From an uncultured archaeon (GTDB lineage Archaea; Asgardarchaeota; Thorarchaeia; Thorarchaeales; Thorarchaeaceae), in the NCBI GenBank assembly GCA_964558645.1, contig CAZLEV010000003.1, positions 192,001 to 256,000 on the forward strand: DNA of 64,000 bases. Direction: 5' to 3'. Of this stretch, positions 10,407-19,739 are shown one piece after another. Position 1 is the first letter of the stretch, and every line of letters starts with the position of its first letter. The notes beneath the pieces are model-generated. The model searched no databases. It was not told the DNA's origin and worked only from the letters and a program-made list of their open reading frames with translations. The translations under genes were made by a program, and so were the position numbers.

Positions 10407-11795
10407 GTGGAAATTCCCATATTATCAAGTATCATAACAGGTCTGAAGGTCTTCTTCGAAACGAAGCGATATGTGGCATATCTCATCATCTTCGTAGCAT
10501 CGACCTTCTTGGCGCTGTTCGTTTCATGGTTGATGACCGCTTACGTAGGCACATCGATCGAATTGATTCTCGTGAACTTCTTCGTCTATGTGGGTGCGAC
10601 GGGTACGATCTATTTCGGCCTAGGATCGCTCATTACAGGTCTCAAGCTGGACAGAATCTGGATAACCCGAAGAGGAAGAGGCAAGGCAACAGAGATGAAG
10701 GGGGTAGCATGGTTGGCTGTTTCCTTTGCCCTAGCAGTATTCCTGTCCATCTTCACTGATGTCGGGACTTTGCTTGTCTTCTCGATGTTCTGTTGGGTCG
10801 GATGGATTGCTTTTCAGGCTTATCTTTCCTCACGAACAAGCCTTAGACTTGCTTCGATAGCTGAGCCAAAGAAGGGTGGAATAGCGATCGGTATCGGCAG
10901 CTTCATCATTCTCCTTATCGGAATAGGGATCATCGGTGCAGAGATTCTCCTCGCACTTGTGATCATCCCCAACAATCTCTTCGGAATCGGTGACATCTTG
11001 GGTTCAATCTTCAGCCTCTATCAGACCAACATCACAACACACTGGCCGTTCCTCTTGGCGGCCATGGGTTTCCTTGCACTCTTTGCGTTGGTCTCGTTAT
11101 TGTCATTCTTCAAGTATGCCCGAAAGGGGGCAGCGCTCAACGTCGCCCTGTTGACAGTCTTCATTGCCATCTACTCAGGCTACTTCCTGTTCAATGTTCT
11201 CAGGAGGTCAGGAGCGCCATCGATGACTGCAGTTGACGTTGCAATGTCGCTGTTCTTCCTTGTCTACGCTATGAGTGGCATAGGCAGAACCGTGACTGAG
11301 GCTGTTGAGGAATCAAGACGAAGACTCCGCGATTTTGGACCTCTTCTGACATTCTTCCTTGCCAGCGGCTTCTTCTTTGTGGACAGCATAATCGCCGTCA
11401 CATCAACCGAAGGTACACTCATCGCGAGTTGGTTCAACTGGGACGCAAGCGTGACTTATGCAACATTCCTGTTTCGTGATATCGCCAAGTTGATGGCTTT
11501 CCCACTGGTCGCGATTCTAACCAGCCTGTACTACTTGCGTGTCGAGCGGGTCGACCGCATCGTCACTCGAGCTCGTGATTCAGGCGAGACTTTTGAACCG
11601 GGTGAAGTGGACGAGGAGATTGCTGAACGTGCTCCATCCCCTGGCGAAGCCTGGCCTTCAGAGAGAGCTGAAGGGGTGAAAGAGGGACGTCCAGGGCACT
11701 CATTGTCAGCTCCGGATTCGAAACGCCTAAGTGTGGGCAAGAGTCGTCGCCTCGGAAAAGCCAAGCGTCTGGGAGACGACGAGGAAGAGGACTAG
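10407..11795 (+). CDS. Multi-pass membrane protein of unknown function with charged cytoplasmic C-tail
   Basis: 462 aa; about 10-11 hydrophobic segments; GGAGG upstream of GTG; hydrophilic tail ending DDEEED. Confidence 0.8.
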   Translation: MEIPILSSIITGLKVFFETKRYVAYLIIFVASTFLALFVSWLMTAYVGTSIELILVNFFVYVGATGTIYFGLGSLITGLKLDRIWITRRGRGKATEMKGVAWLAVSFALAVFLSIFTDVGTLLVFSMFCWVGWIAFQAYLSSRTSLRLASIAEPKKGGIAIGIGSFIILLIGIGIIGAEILLALVIIPNNLFGIGDILGSIFSLYQTNITTHWPFLLAAMGFLALFALVSLLSFFKYARKGAALNVALLTVFIAIYSGYFLFNVLRRSGAPSMTAVDVAMSLFFLVYAMSGIGRTVTEAVEESRRRLRDFGPLLTFFLASGFFFVDSIIAVTSTEGTLIASWFNWDASVTYATFLFRDIAKLMAFPLVAILTSLYYLRVERVDRIVTRARDSGETFEPGEVDEEIAERAPSPGEAWPSERAEGVKEGRPGHSLSAPDSKRLSVGKSRRLGKAKRLGDDEEED

Positions 11796-11804
11796 TCACT
11801 GCAT

Positions 11805-11833
11805 GGGGGATCCTCTCCCCCGTCTTCTTTCTT
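11805..11833 (+). terminator. Hairpin plus pyrimidine tract after 10407..11795
   Basis: GGGGGA-TCCTC-TCCCCC followed by GTCTTCTTTCTT, 9 nt after the stop, between convergent genes. Confidence 0.55.
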
Positions 11834-11885
11834 CAGAAGACTACTATCCAAATGCGTGTTGGCTGTTCAGAAGAGGGCTTGACCG

Positions 11886-12383
11886 CTAAGCTTCGGTTGA
11901 ATGGACTGCTGGGAGCCCCTTCAGAATAGCCAGATTCTTCTCGATTGCATTCCTTAAATCTCTCATCATCTCGAGTAGCCGCTTGTCCTTCTCGCCGAAC
12001 TCATCTTCTACTGCATCAACATCATCCAGCATAGACTGAAGTTGGTCGATAATTCTCTCGACACCTAGTCCAAAGAAGCCTTCTATGCCCATATCAGCCT
12101 TGTATAACAGGCGTTTACGTCCTCGACCTGTCTGCTGATAGTCCCTCTTGCCACTGATAACACCAAGTGCCTCTAGTTGAGATATGATTAGGCCTGCATT
12201 CGCTCTTGAGTAGCCCGTAACGTCACAGATGTCTTCAGAACCCAACGGGTTCTCATCTCCATATCTCTCAAGAAAGAGAGATGCTGCTGCTGGTGCAACA
12301 TTGTCTGAGAGTCCTGCCCATTCTGAGAGCTTTGCGAAGAGCCTGACAATGGGTCCTTCCAATACGTCTATGCTATCTTGCAT
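11886..12383 (-). CDS. GbsR/MarR-like winged-helix transcriptional regulator
   Basis: PLGSEDICDVTGYSRANAGLIISQLEALGVI HTH, wing GRGRKRLLY, C-terminal dimerisation helices. Confidence 0.75.
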   Translation of the reverse strand: MQDSIDVLEGPIVRLFAKLSEWAGLSDNVAPAAASLFLERYGDENPLGSEDICDVTGYSRANAGLIISQLEALGVISGKRDYQQTGRGRKRLLYKADMGIEGFFGLGVERIIDQLQSMLDDVDAVEDEFGEKDKRLLEMMRDLRNAIEKNLAILKGLPAVHSTEA

Positions 12384-12646
12384 CTTTGCTATTCACCTTA
12401 TAGAATGCTTCTCGGACTCTTGATTGAATATGTCCCGTTACGCATTGTCGCGTTCGAGATTTGACCTAATTAGTATTATTGAATATGAGCTATCTCTTTT
12501 CGTCCAGTTTATCCGATGGACAGTTTCTTGACGCACTTCATCTCAATGGGAGCAAGTTTCACATTTGTATTTGGTGTCTACTATCAGAATGCGCTCTTGG
12601 ACGCATTATATCGTGAGAAGGGTTCTGAAGGCTATTCAGCTAAGAC

Positions 12647-13009
12647 CTAACGATTATGCCTCTGATAGGCCCGAGTACCCAAATTGACCCAGAAAGGATA
12701 GAGAGCAATCTGTATCATGGCCACGAAGTCAACTATGCCTTGAGTGTTCACAGCTTCAAAAGAGAAGATGCCCGAGTTAATCATCAAATCTCTTCCCGAT
12801 GTCACGGTTGGATAGAAGGGGATCCAGAACCAGTCCATGTACCAGAGATTAAGATAAAGAGAAGTGCTTGTGAAGATTACTGTGACTGTGCTGAACAGCG
12901 CCAGTATCTTACCTATGGGCAGAGATGTGCGATTCTCTAGCTTGGCACCAATCGCATATGAGATGAAACCGAACGTGACTAGCAAGGGAGGGTCTATGAG
13001 AAAAGTCAA
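12647..13009 (-). CDS. Small membrane protein (about 3 TM), unknown function
   Basis: 120 aa, hydrophobic, TFLIDPPLL...SLYLN...SGRDLMINSGIF...YPFW; 18 nt downstream of the 50-aa ORF. Confidence 0.7.
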   Translation of the reverse strand: MTFLIDPPLLVTFGFISYAIGAKLENRTSLPIGKILALFSTVTVIFTSTSLYLNLWYMDWFWIPFYPTVTSGRDLMINSGIFSFEAVNTQGIVDFVAMIQIALYPFWVNLGTRAYQRHNR

Positions 13010-13027
13010 CTAGTCGTCACTTCCACA

Positions 13028-13180
13028 TCACAGCACAAAAACAGTGAGAGCTATGATCATGAAGATGAACATCACCACAGCACAGTTGACGCAGAGGCCC
13101 TCTTGGATCTCTTGTTTATCCTTTGATGTAAGTTTTTGTGATTCCAGCATATCTTCGTCGGTTGTTTCATCTTCGGTCAT
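13028..13180 (-). CDS. 50-aa tail-anchored microprotein (below ORF-track cutoff)
   Basis: MTEDETTDEDMLESQKLTSKDKQEIQEGLCVNCAVVMFIFMIIALTVFVL*; GAGGAG RBS before ATG; TATA-like CTTAATTAG about 35 nt upstream; acidic N-part, CxxC, C-terminal TM. Confidence 0.7.
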   Translation of the reverse strand: MTEDETTDEDMLESQKLTSKDKQEIQEGLCVNCAVVMFIFMIIALTVFVL

Positions 13181-13375
13181 GTTAGTATCTCCTCTCATAT
13201 TCAGGCCTTTTCCCTAATTAAGCTAAGCGTGTTCACACGTCATCTGGGGAAGCGTCCACAACTGGTAGTCCATTTCGATTTCATCTTCAATTGTGTGGGA
13301 AGTGTGCAAGCCACATGGTTGCTCATTCACGATTGCTGTAAGACCGGGCAACCTGTTTGGGATATGCTTGCGCCC

Positions 13376-13471
13376 TCATGATAGAATGAAATCTGCGGCC
13401 CACCTCTTTCCCATGAGCTCGTAAATCCATGAACGATCTTGCTCCTTCTTTCGCACGCAGATTTTCGACAC
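13376..13471 (-). CDS. Possible 31-aa microprotein
   Basis: GTG start with GGAGGG 8 nt upstream; MSKICVRKKEQDRSWIYELMGKRWAADFILS*. Confidence 0.3.
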   Translation of the reverse strand: MSKICVRKKEQDRSWIYELMGKRWAADFILS

Positions 13472-13542
13472 GGGAACAACCCTCCTTGCTCTCAGAACTT
13501 CCTTTCCAAATAGTTTATGTCATCGTAGTGTGATTACATATC

Positions 13543-14073
13543 TTGATACTCCCTAAGGTGGTGCATCCTATTTACAACTATGCAGAAGTTCGCGTACGTC
13601 GTGCTGGAATGAATGAGGTGGATGTTGTCAGAGACATAATACAGGAGGCATACAAGCCCATCATGAAGCAGTTATGTCGTCCCCCTGCAGCACTTCAGGA
13701 AGGCATGGATAAGATCGCTCGGCACATTCAGATGGGGAATATCTATGTGGCATTGATTGGTGACACTATCGCTGGAACCATGCGTGCCGAACTACGGGGG
13801 AGGCTAGGTGTGATCAGCAGAGTTGCTGTGCGGGAGAGATTCAGGGGCAGACGGATAGGCACGGCCTTGATGGACTATGCTGAGAGTCTCTTGAGTTCCA
13901 ACAACGCCAAATCTATCGAGCTAGAGGTATATGGGGCAATTGATCCACAGATTGATTTCTACAAGAAACTAGGATACGAAGAGAAGAGCCGCCATGAACG
14001 GGCCGGTGAAGAAATCGTCGTCATGGAGAAAGACCTTGAGGACGAAGAAGCGATTGTTGAGGATGACTACTAG
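13543..14073 (+). CDS. GNAT family N-acetyltransferase
   Basis: Motif A VAVRERFRGRRIGTALM; FYKKLGY motif B. Confidence 0.9.
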   Translation: MILPKVVHPIYNYAEVRVRRAGMNEVDVVRDIIQEAYKPIMKQLCRPPAALQEGMDKIARHIQMGNIYVALIGDTIAGTMRAELRGRLGVISRVAVRERFRGRRIGTALMDYAESLLSSNNAKSIELEVYGAIDPQIDFYKKLGYEEKSRHERAGEEIVVMEKDLEDEEAIVEDDY

Positions 14074-14100
14074 AGGTCGCTGTAGGCATCGTTCCCTGGT

Positions 14101-15183
14101 TCAAGGAATAATCTCACAACCGTTATTGTACTCAGGATATCGGAAGTCTGTGAGGTCAATAACTCCCTGTTCGATGAGTTCACGTATTTCTTCTTCTGAA
14201 TCTCTGAGAGCATCCACAAGATGTTCGACAGTACCGCACACCTTTCTGAAGCCTTCATCGCCCCATAGTCGCTGTCTGTTTGCAAAGAGACATCGTCCTC
14301 CACAGATATCGTAGATATCACAGGATGGGCAAGGCTCCTCCACCTGCATGATGTTCTGAAGTTCATCGGGCCGGGTTCTTGATATGTGCCCTACGATTGA
14401 GAAGTCCCAGTCTGGAGATATGGGACACACACCGATACTCCCGTCTAGATGAATGGCAAAGGTGTCTATCCCAGACCCGCATCTCAGTCTGGTCTTCGTG
14501 CCAGTCAATATGGTATACATGGTAGGCAAGAACGGCACAATCCCCGGTACCGTTCCCGTATGCATTTCCTCTACCCAGTATTTGACCAGCCTTTCCATTC
14601 CTGGCTTGTAAGAGTTCTTCAACCAGCCATCGAAGTCTGTCCAATTGCCATCAGCATCCCAGACGACATTGAGTTGCCAGTGTACATTATCGAACTGAGG
14701 GTCTTTGAGTTCGAGGAGATGAGTCACATCTCTGAAGATGTCACTTCGTTCTGACACCGTCATCCGAGCCACCACATCTCCCTCGTACGCGATACTTCGC
14801 AGCCAGCGAACATTCTTGACGACTCTGTCGTATACCCCATCTGAACGATAGAAGTCTGTGGTTTCCTTTGTACCATCGATTGAAACAAGGATTGAATGCA
14901 TGTGGTGGATGTATTCCTCAGGAATCTTATGAAGCAGAAGCGCATTGGTCTGTAGCATGAATCTCGCTTCTTTGAAGCGGTCCATGATCTCCATCATAAG
15001 AGGAATCCGAAGGGTTGGTTCCCCTCCGTAAAACATGAGTTGTAGCTTCTCATCTTGGTTTAGGAATTCCGCTAGCTGGTCCAACGAGTACCTAGTCTCG
15101 GTCTCAGTCTCGTTGCCCTGTCCTTCGAGGCAGTACACGCAATTGAGATTGCACCTCTTTGTGAGCACGAGATGATAGTTCAA
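14101..15183 (-). CDS. Radical SAM/SPASM enzyme (resembles archaeal putative peptide-modifying AF0577/TIGR04084 type)
   Basis: CNLNCVYC, FYGGEP, QTN, SIDG; SPASM cysteines CGSG...CP...CPSC...CGGRC...C; C-terminus EYNNGCEIIP. Confidence 0.85.
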   Translation of the reverse strand: MNYHLVLTKRCNLNCVYCLEGQGNETETETRYSLDQLAEFLNQDEKLQLMFYGGEPTLRIPLMMEIMDRFKEARFMLQTNALLLHKIPEEYIHHMHSILVSIDGTKETTDFYRSDGVYDRVVKNVRWLRSIAYEGDVVARMTVSERSDIFRDVTHLLELKDPQFDNVHWQLNVVWDADGNWTDFDGWLKNSYKPGMERLVKYWVEEMHTGTVPGIVPFLPTMYTILTGTKTRLRCGSGIDTFAIHLDGSIGVCPISPDWDFSIVGHISRTRPDELQNIMQVEEPCPSCDIYDICGGRCLFANRQRLWGDEGFRKVCGTVEHLVDALRDSEEEIRELIEQGVIDLTDFRYPEYNNGCEIIP

Positions 15184-15267
15184 TTCACAGTCAGCCCTGA
15201 AATCAAAGCCCAGAGATATCCTCGATAAGTCTTGCCTTTGAAACAGGTTTCCGCAATGCTCCTTATC

Positions 15268-15714
15268 CTAGTGATATCTCAACCGCCACAGTCGATAAGT
15301 TTCGAGCCAGCTGAAGATGATTCCAGCGAAGATGACGGTGGACGCAATCATGCGGTCAAAGAGTCCAACTGGGATGGAGAACAACGAAAGGAAGTACGCG
15401 GCACCCACAGTTGTGAAGAATACTCCAATAAAGAAGTACCGGGGAAGCAGCGTTCCTCTGAATCGAATGAAATCCCTGAGGATTCCTACCTTGACGAACT
15501 CAACTAGCTCATAGAGGCTCTCCACGTTCTTCTCAGCGAGCCCCATGTCTATGATTTTGTTTAGATGGTGACTTGCTACAGACGGGCTGGACATGCCAAG
15601 GTCTCGTTGCACTTCTCTGACGCCTACAGGTTTGGAATTCTGGAGCATGTACCAGTACACGCGTAGTGTGTTACCTCTCAGGTCGACCTCGACTGAATCT
15701 TCTTTCTCTTGCAC
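15268..15714 (-). CDS. Membrane-anchored winged-helix regulator (wHTH plus 2 TM)
   Basis: LRGNTLRVYWYM...GVREVQRDLGMSSPSVASHHLNKI HTH followed by two hydrophobic helices. Confidence 0.8.
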   Translation of the reverse strand: MQEKEDSVEVDLRGNTLRVYWYMLQNSKPVGVREVQRDLGMSSPSVASHHLNKIIDMGLAEKNVESLYELVEFVKVGILRDFIRFRGTLLPRYFFIGVFFTTVGAAYFLSLFSIPVGLFDRMIASTVIFAGIIFSWLETYRLWRLRYH

Positions 15715-15858
15715 TCTGTCTTCCCTACTTAGCTTGCAGAAATCCCGTAATTAGTCTAATTGTGTGCAGCTGCAGAGCTTAAATGGGTTATACGGAAGCA
15801 GCGTTCTAAACACTGAACAGCCTGTTCTATTGTATGGTATTAAGTAGATGCTTATGCA

Positions 15859-18177
15859 ATGTCTGAGATGTATGAGGACGCCACTGTGACAATCATCTCA
15901 GCTCTTGATCCAGACACTCGGCAAAGAGCCATGGGAGCGGCAGTAGTTTCCATGATCCTTGCAGTGACACTTGTAATGGGTGCGGCTTGGATGAGCCTAA
16001 GCGGCACTACGGGCCCAATGGCCCCAGTCAGCTCAGCCCCCCCGCCGGTCTTTTCACTAGGCGAACGCGTGTCGAGCCGGTTCAGTGATTATGTCTCCTT
16101 CGAGGAAGAGTTCATGGTCAACGGCCCTCAATACGATATTCCCCCTGGATTAGCTGGAGTTGCTTTCGCTGACCAATATGGCCTTTCAGCTGAAGCCAAG
16201 GCCAGAATCGTTCGAGATGGCTTCATGGCACATTCACAAGATGAGTACGATCAGATCTACGAGGTCTTGCAGGACAATGATGGTGACCAGAGGCCGAGTT
16301 TCTTGACCTCGGACGCAGTTCTCCATGCTTTTCATGTGCTCTATGATATGGCGCTCAGGGAGATGGAAGTGCTTACGTTCTGGGATTTGTTGGGGAACCT
16401 CTCGAAGTCTATGCTCGCACATTCATATAGCCAATATGAGAACACTCCTGAAGGGCGATGGAGGGATGCAGCCCTTCGCAATGTTATGTTCTTCTCCGTA
16501 GCCGCTCGCTTGATGGATAACAGTTCAGAGATCCCTCCTGAAGCTGAGTATGAAGTTGAGAAGGTTCTCAGTCTCATTGAAGACCATTCAGAGATATCTG
16601 GCGATTGGTATCAGTACTACCGGGAGGATTTCACTCAATATGTTCCCAGAGGCCACTATACTCGCTGTGAAAAACTGGAAAAATACTTCTTGATGATGAT
16701 GTGGTTTGGACGCATTGCTTTTCGACTCGAACCAAATGACATTGGCCTCTCAGCTGAGGAGAGCATTGAGCGCGGCAGGAATGAAACTGCCCAGGCTATC
16801 CTCATTTCTCTTGCCCTGCAATCCCCGGTTGAAGGCCTGCCCGAACCGATATCTGGAACTTCTGTATGGGATGCAATCTATGAACCTACTGTTTTCTTCG
16901 TTGGTTCTTCGGATGATTTGACACCTCCAGAATACTACAACCATACGTTGGAGATATGGGGCGACGAGCCATCCTTGATTCAGCTAGATAACGAGACCAA
17001 GCTGGATGAGTTTATTGATGGCGCCCTTAGCCTTCGCAGACCGAGGATATTATCGTCGGTCGTCAATGAAACGGATGATATGGCTACCATCATGGGAATG
17101 CGCTTCATGGGACAGAGATTCATCCCTGACAGCTATATCCTTGGCCAGCTAGTCTATGCCCACGTAGGTACGCAGTTGAATCCTCGCCTCATGCCGAAGG
17201 GATTGGATGTGATGTCTGCATTCGGGTCGGAGAGAGCTTGGGAGCTGCTAGAGGATGAAACCCACTACTTGAACTTTGAGCAGCAGATGGCGAAACTGAA
17301 ATCAGAGATTGATGATATGTCGGAAGACGAATGGACAAGCAACCTCTACTACCTCTGGCTCTACTCGCTACTGCCCCTCCTTGTGGAGCCCACTGATGGA
17401 TATCCGACATTCATGAAGAGCACTCCATGGATAGATAAACAGCTGATGACTGCTCTAGGGTCTTGGACCGAATTGCGCCATGACACAATCCTCTATGCCA
17501 AACAGTCCTATACGATAGAAGTCATCGGCATGCCACAATATGGGATAAAGGGTGGCTATGTTGAACCAGTTCCCCGTGTGTACGCACGCCTCGCATCTCT
17601 CTCAGATATGATGCTTCGAGGTCTCAAATCACGCCTCCCGGTGAGTGAGTGGCTAGAAGGTAGGCTTGAATCTCTTCGAGATTTCCTTCTTGACTTGCAG
17701 GCTATCTCAATAAAAGAGCTGTCTGGCCAGAGTCTCAATCAGACAGAGATTGATCGCATTCAACACTGCGGTCGCTTCCTCGAGTGGGTCTCGAAAATAC
17801 CGTCCGAAGAAGAATGGGTTTCAGAAGCCGACGAGAGCATGGCCTTGGTTGCTGACGTTCATACAGATCCTAACACCAAGGAGGTTCTTGAGGAGGCTGT
17901 CGGATATCCCCTGCTCATCTATGTTGTTGTTCCTATCGACGGCCGTCTGGTTCTCCTGAGAGGTGCCACTTTCTCATACTACGAGTTCAGGCAGCCTATG
18001 AGCGATAGGCTTACCGATGAGGCATGGCAAGGGATGCTGGCTGAGGGCAACGCTCCAGATATGCCCTCCTGGACGTCTTCTTTTGTCTTAGATAGTGAAC
18101 ATGCTGCGGCATTGTTTTCCCTCTCTGACGTCATAGAGCTTGGCATGGTTGGTGGTGACGAACGACGATTCGAATAG
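15859..18177 (+). CDS. DUF3160-like membrane-anchored extracellular protein
   Basis: EDFTQYVPRGHYT, YFLMMMWFGR, MRFMGQRFIPDS, PKGLDVM, SWTELRHDTILYAKQSY, GYVEP, LVADVHTD, FSYYEF, RLTDEAWQ; N-terminal TM. Confidence 0.85.
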   Translation: MSEMYEDATVTIISALDPDTRQRAMGAAVVSMILAVTLVMGAAWMSLSGTTGPMAPVSSAPPPVFSLGERVSSRFSDYVSFEEEFMVNGPQYDIPPGLAGVAFADQYGLSAEAKARIVRDGFMAHSQDEYDQIYEVLQDNDGDQRPSFLTSDAVLHAFHVLYDMALREMEVLTFWDLLGNLSKSMLAHSYSQYENTPEGRWRDAALRNVMFFSVAARLMDNSSEIPPEAEYEVEKVLSLIEDHSEISGDWYQYYREDFTQYVPRGHYTRCEKLEKYFLMMMWFGRIAFRLEPNDIGLSAEESIERGRNETAQAILISLALQSPVEGLPEPISGTSVWDAIYEPTVFFVGSSDDLTPPEYYNHTLEIWGDEPSLIQLDNETKLDEFIDGALSLRRPRILSSVVNETDDMATIMGMRFMGQRFIPDSYILGQLVYAHVGTQLNPRLMPKGLDVMSAFGSERAWELLEDETHYLNFEQQMAKLKSEIDDMSEDEWTSNLYYLWLYSLLPLLVEPTDGYPTFMKSTPWIDKQLMTALGSWTELRHDTILYAKQSYTIEVIGMPQYGIKGGYVEPVPRVYARLASLSDMMLRGLKSRLPVSEWLEGRLESLRDFLLDLQAISIKELSGQSLNQTEIDRIQHCGRFLEWVSKIPSEEEWVSEADESMALVADVHTDPNTKEVLEEAVGYPLLIYVVVPIDGRLVLLRGATFSYYEFRQPMSDRLTDEAWQGMLAEGNAPDMPSWTSSFVLDSEHAAALFSLSDVIELGMVGGDERRFE

Positions 18178-18246
18178 AACAGATGATTTGGGTCCCATCA
18201 ACATGCTTATGTCTGCACTGTAAGCACTGAGCACGGCGAACATCTG

Positions 18247-19731
18247 ATGAAACGGCTTCAAGTTCTGTTCTTGGTTCTGATGCTTGCAGTGATGCTTCCT
18301 TCCAGCTATTCCTCGGATGTGAGGACTGATATACCGGCAAGGCAAGTCATCGCCCAAGAAGACGTATTGATATCAGGTGTTCCATATGTGTGGCAGGAGA
18401 TCAACGGGTTTTGTGCGTGGGCCGCAACATCATCGGTCATGCAATATCATGGGGCAGATATCACGTTGCATGATCTCTTTGCCCTTTCCGGAATAGGGTT
18501 CTCCTTTGCATATATCCGGTACAATGACACACTCCTGATGTTTCCCGGGGCATTATACCAGCAGATTGATCCAGCAAATGTGGCCTGTGAGCTTGTTGGC
18601 CTGAACTACTCGGTATACTTCAATTCAGGAATCGAGGGGATAGACCAACAGGTTAGTCTCCTCAGGAGCTGGGGAATCGATGCTGGCTTGCTTGATGGAG
18701 AAAGCGAGGCATTCAGCTTCATGAAGAGCTCGATTGATGAGGGGAATCCATTGATTGTGAGTGTGGACCCCCTATGGCTGCCAGCCGAGGACTACAACTT
18801 CCTTAGAGAGAATGACCTGTCCGGTGGAGGACATGCTATCATAATTGCAGGTTACAATGATACCTCTGGAAGGGCAACGATACTGGATCCCGGGGTTGGT
18901 TCCTTCGGCGATAACTTTGGTTACCCTGTTGATGGTAGAGGTAACTATACCGAAATCAGCTATGCAAATCTCAATCTTGCGTGGTCTTCAAGGGAATACA
19001 TCTCGATTCTGATCAAACCGGGTGGCAGCACTCCTGAAAGACTATCTGAACAGCTGGGCCCATACATTCGCGACTGTCTTCTGGGAGTGGGAGACGTTTA
19101 CGCCCCGGGAAGCCCGAGTGCCTACCTTTGGAATTTCGGTGAAAAAGGTTTCCGGGCTCTTGCTCGCGATATCACACCAGACGGTCTCAGTGCTTATCTC
19201 AGCGTCTTTGATGGCATGACCAACGAGATATCATTCAAGGCCTCACTTCTGAAATTCATCAGCTTGGGTCTTGGCTCCGAGGTTACACTTCAGTATCTTG
19301 CCTATAGAGCAGCCCTTCAGAATGTTGCCCGCTTCTTCCCGGATACAGACATCTCCGCATTCTTGAATAAGGCCGATGATGCCCTTCCGCACTTCGAGGC
19401 ACTATCTGAGAACAAAACTCTTGTTCAGATTGGGAATCTATCTATTCATGACAGTCTGATATCCTCAACCTTCGGGGGTCTTGCTGACTTGTTCAACTCA
19501 TCTGGGGACCTCGAAGGAGTCCTTGAGACCTACCGGACCGAGCTGGAACAAATATCCTATCATCTCCTTGGCATTGCGGATGCGTGGCTTGATGCTGGGA
19601 ATGCTCTGGCTGAGGTCTGGCCGAGTAACCCGCTCATTGTATATGGGCCCTTCTTGGTCTTCGCCGTTTTGGGGGTCGCAGCTGTTGTAATCACTGTGGT
19701 GTACTTCATTCGTAGGTCAGACTCACAGTGA
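18247..19731 (+). CDS. Secreted, C-terminally anchored papain-like cysteine peptidase (C39-like/BtrH-like)
   Basis: Signal peptide; VPYVWQEINGFC (Q..C), GGHAIIIAGY (His), ILDPG (Asp); C-terminal TM plus RR. Confidence 0.75.
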   Translation: MKRLQVLFLVLMLAVMLPSSYSSDVRTDIPARQVIAQEDVLISGVPYVWQEINGFCAWAATSSVMQYHGADITLHDLFALSGIGFSFAYIRYNDTLLMFPGALYQQIDPANVACELVGLNYSVYFNSGIEGIDQQVSLLRSWGIDAGLLDGESEAFSFMKSSIDEGNPLIVSVDPLWLPAEDYNFLRENDLSGGGHAIIIAGYNDTSGRATILDPGVGSFGDNFGYPVDGRGNYTEISYANLNLAWSSREYISILIKPGGSTPERLSEQLGPYIRDCLLGVGDVYAPGSPSAYLWNFGEKGFRALARDITPDGLSAYLSVFDGMTNEISFKASLLKFISLGLGSEVTLQYLAYRAALQNVARFFPDTDISAFLNKADDALPHFEALSENKTLVQIGNLSIHDSLISSTFGGLADLFNSSGDLEGVLETYRTELEQISYHLLGIADAWLDAGNALAEVWPSNPLIVYGPFLVFAVLGVAAVVITVVYFIRRSDSQ

Positions 19732-19739
19732 TTATCGCT

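Noticed and set aside
13223-13471. Possible selenoprotein: reading through the TGA at 13376 extends the 31-aa ORF to 82 codons
   Set aside because: No CxxU/UxxC context, no recognisable selenoprotein fold and no SECIS identified; an open stretch this long can occur by chance
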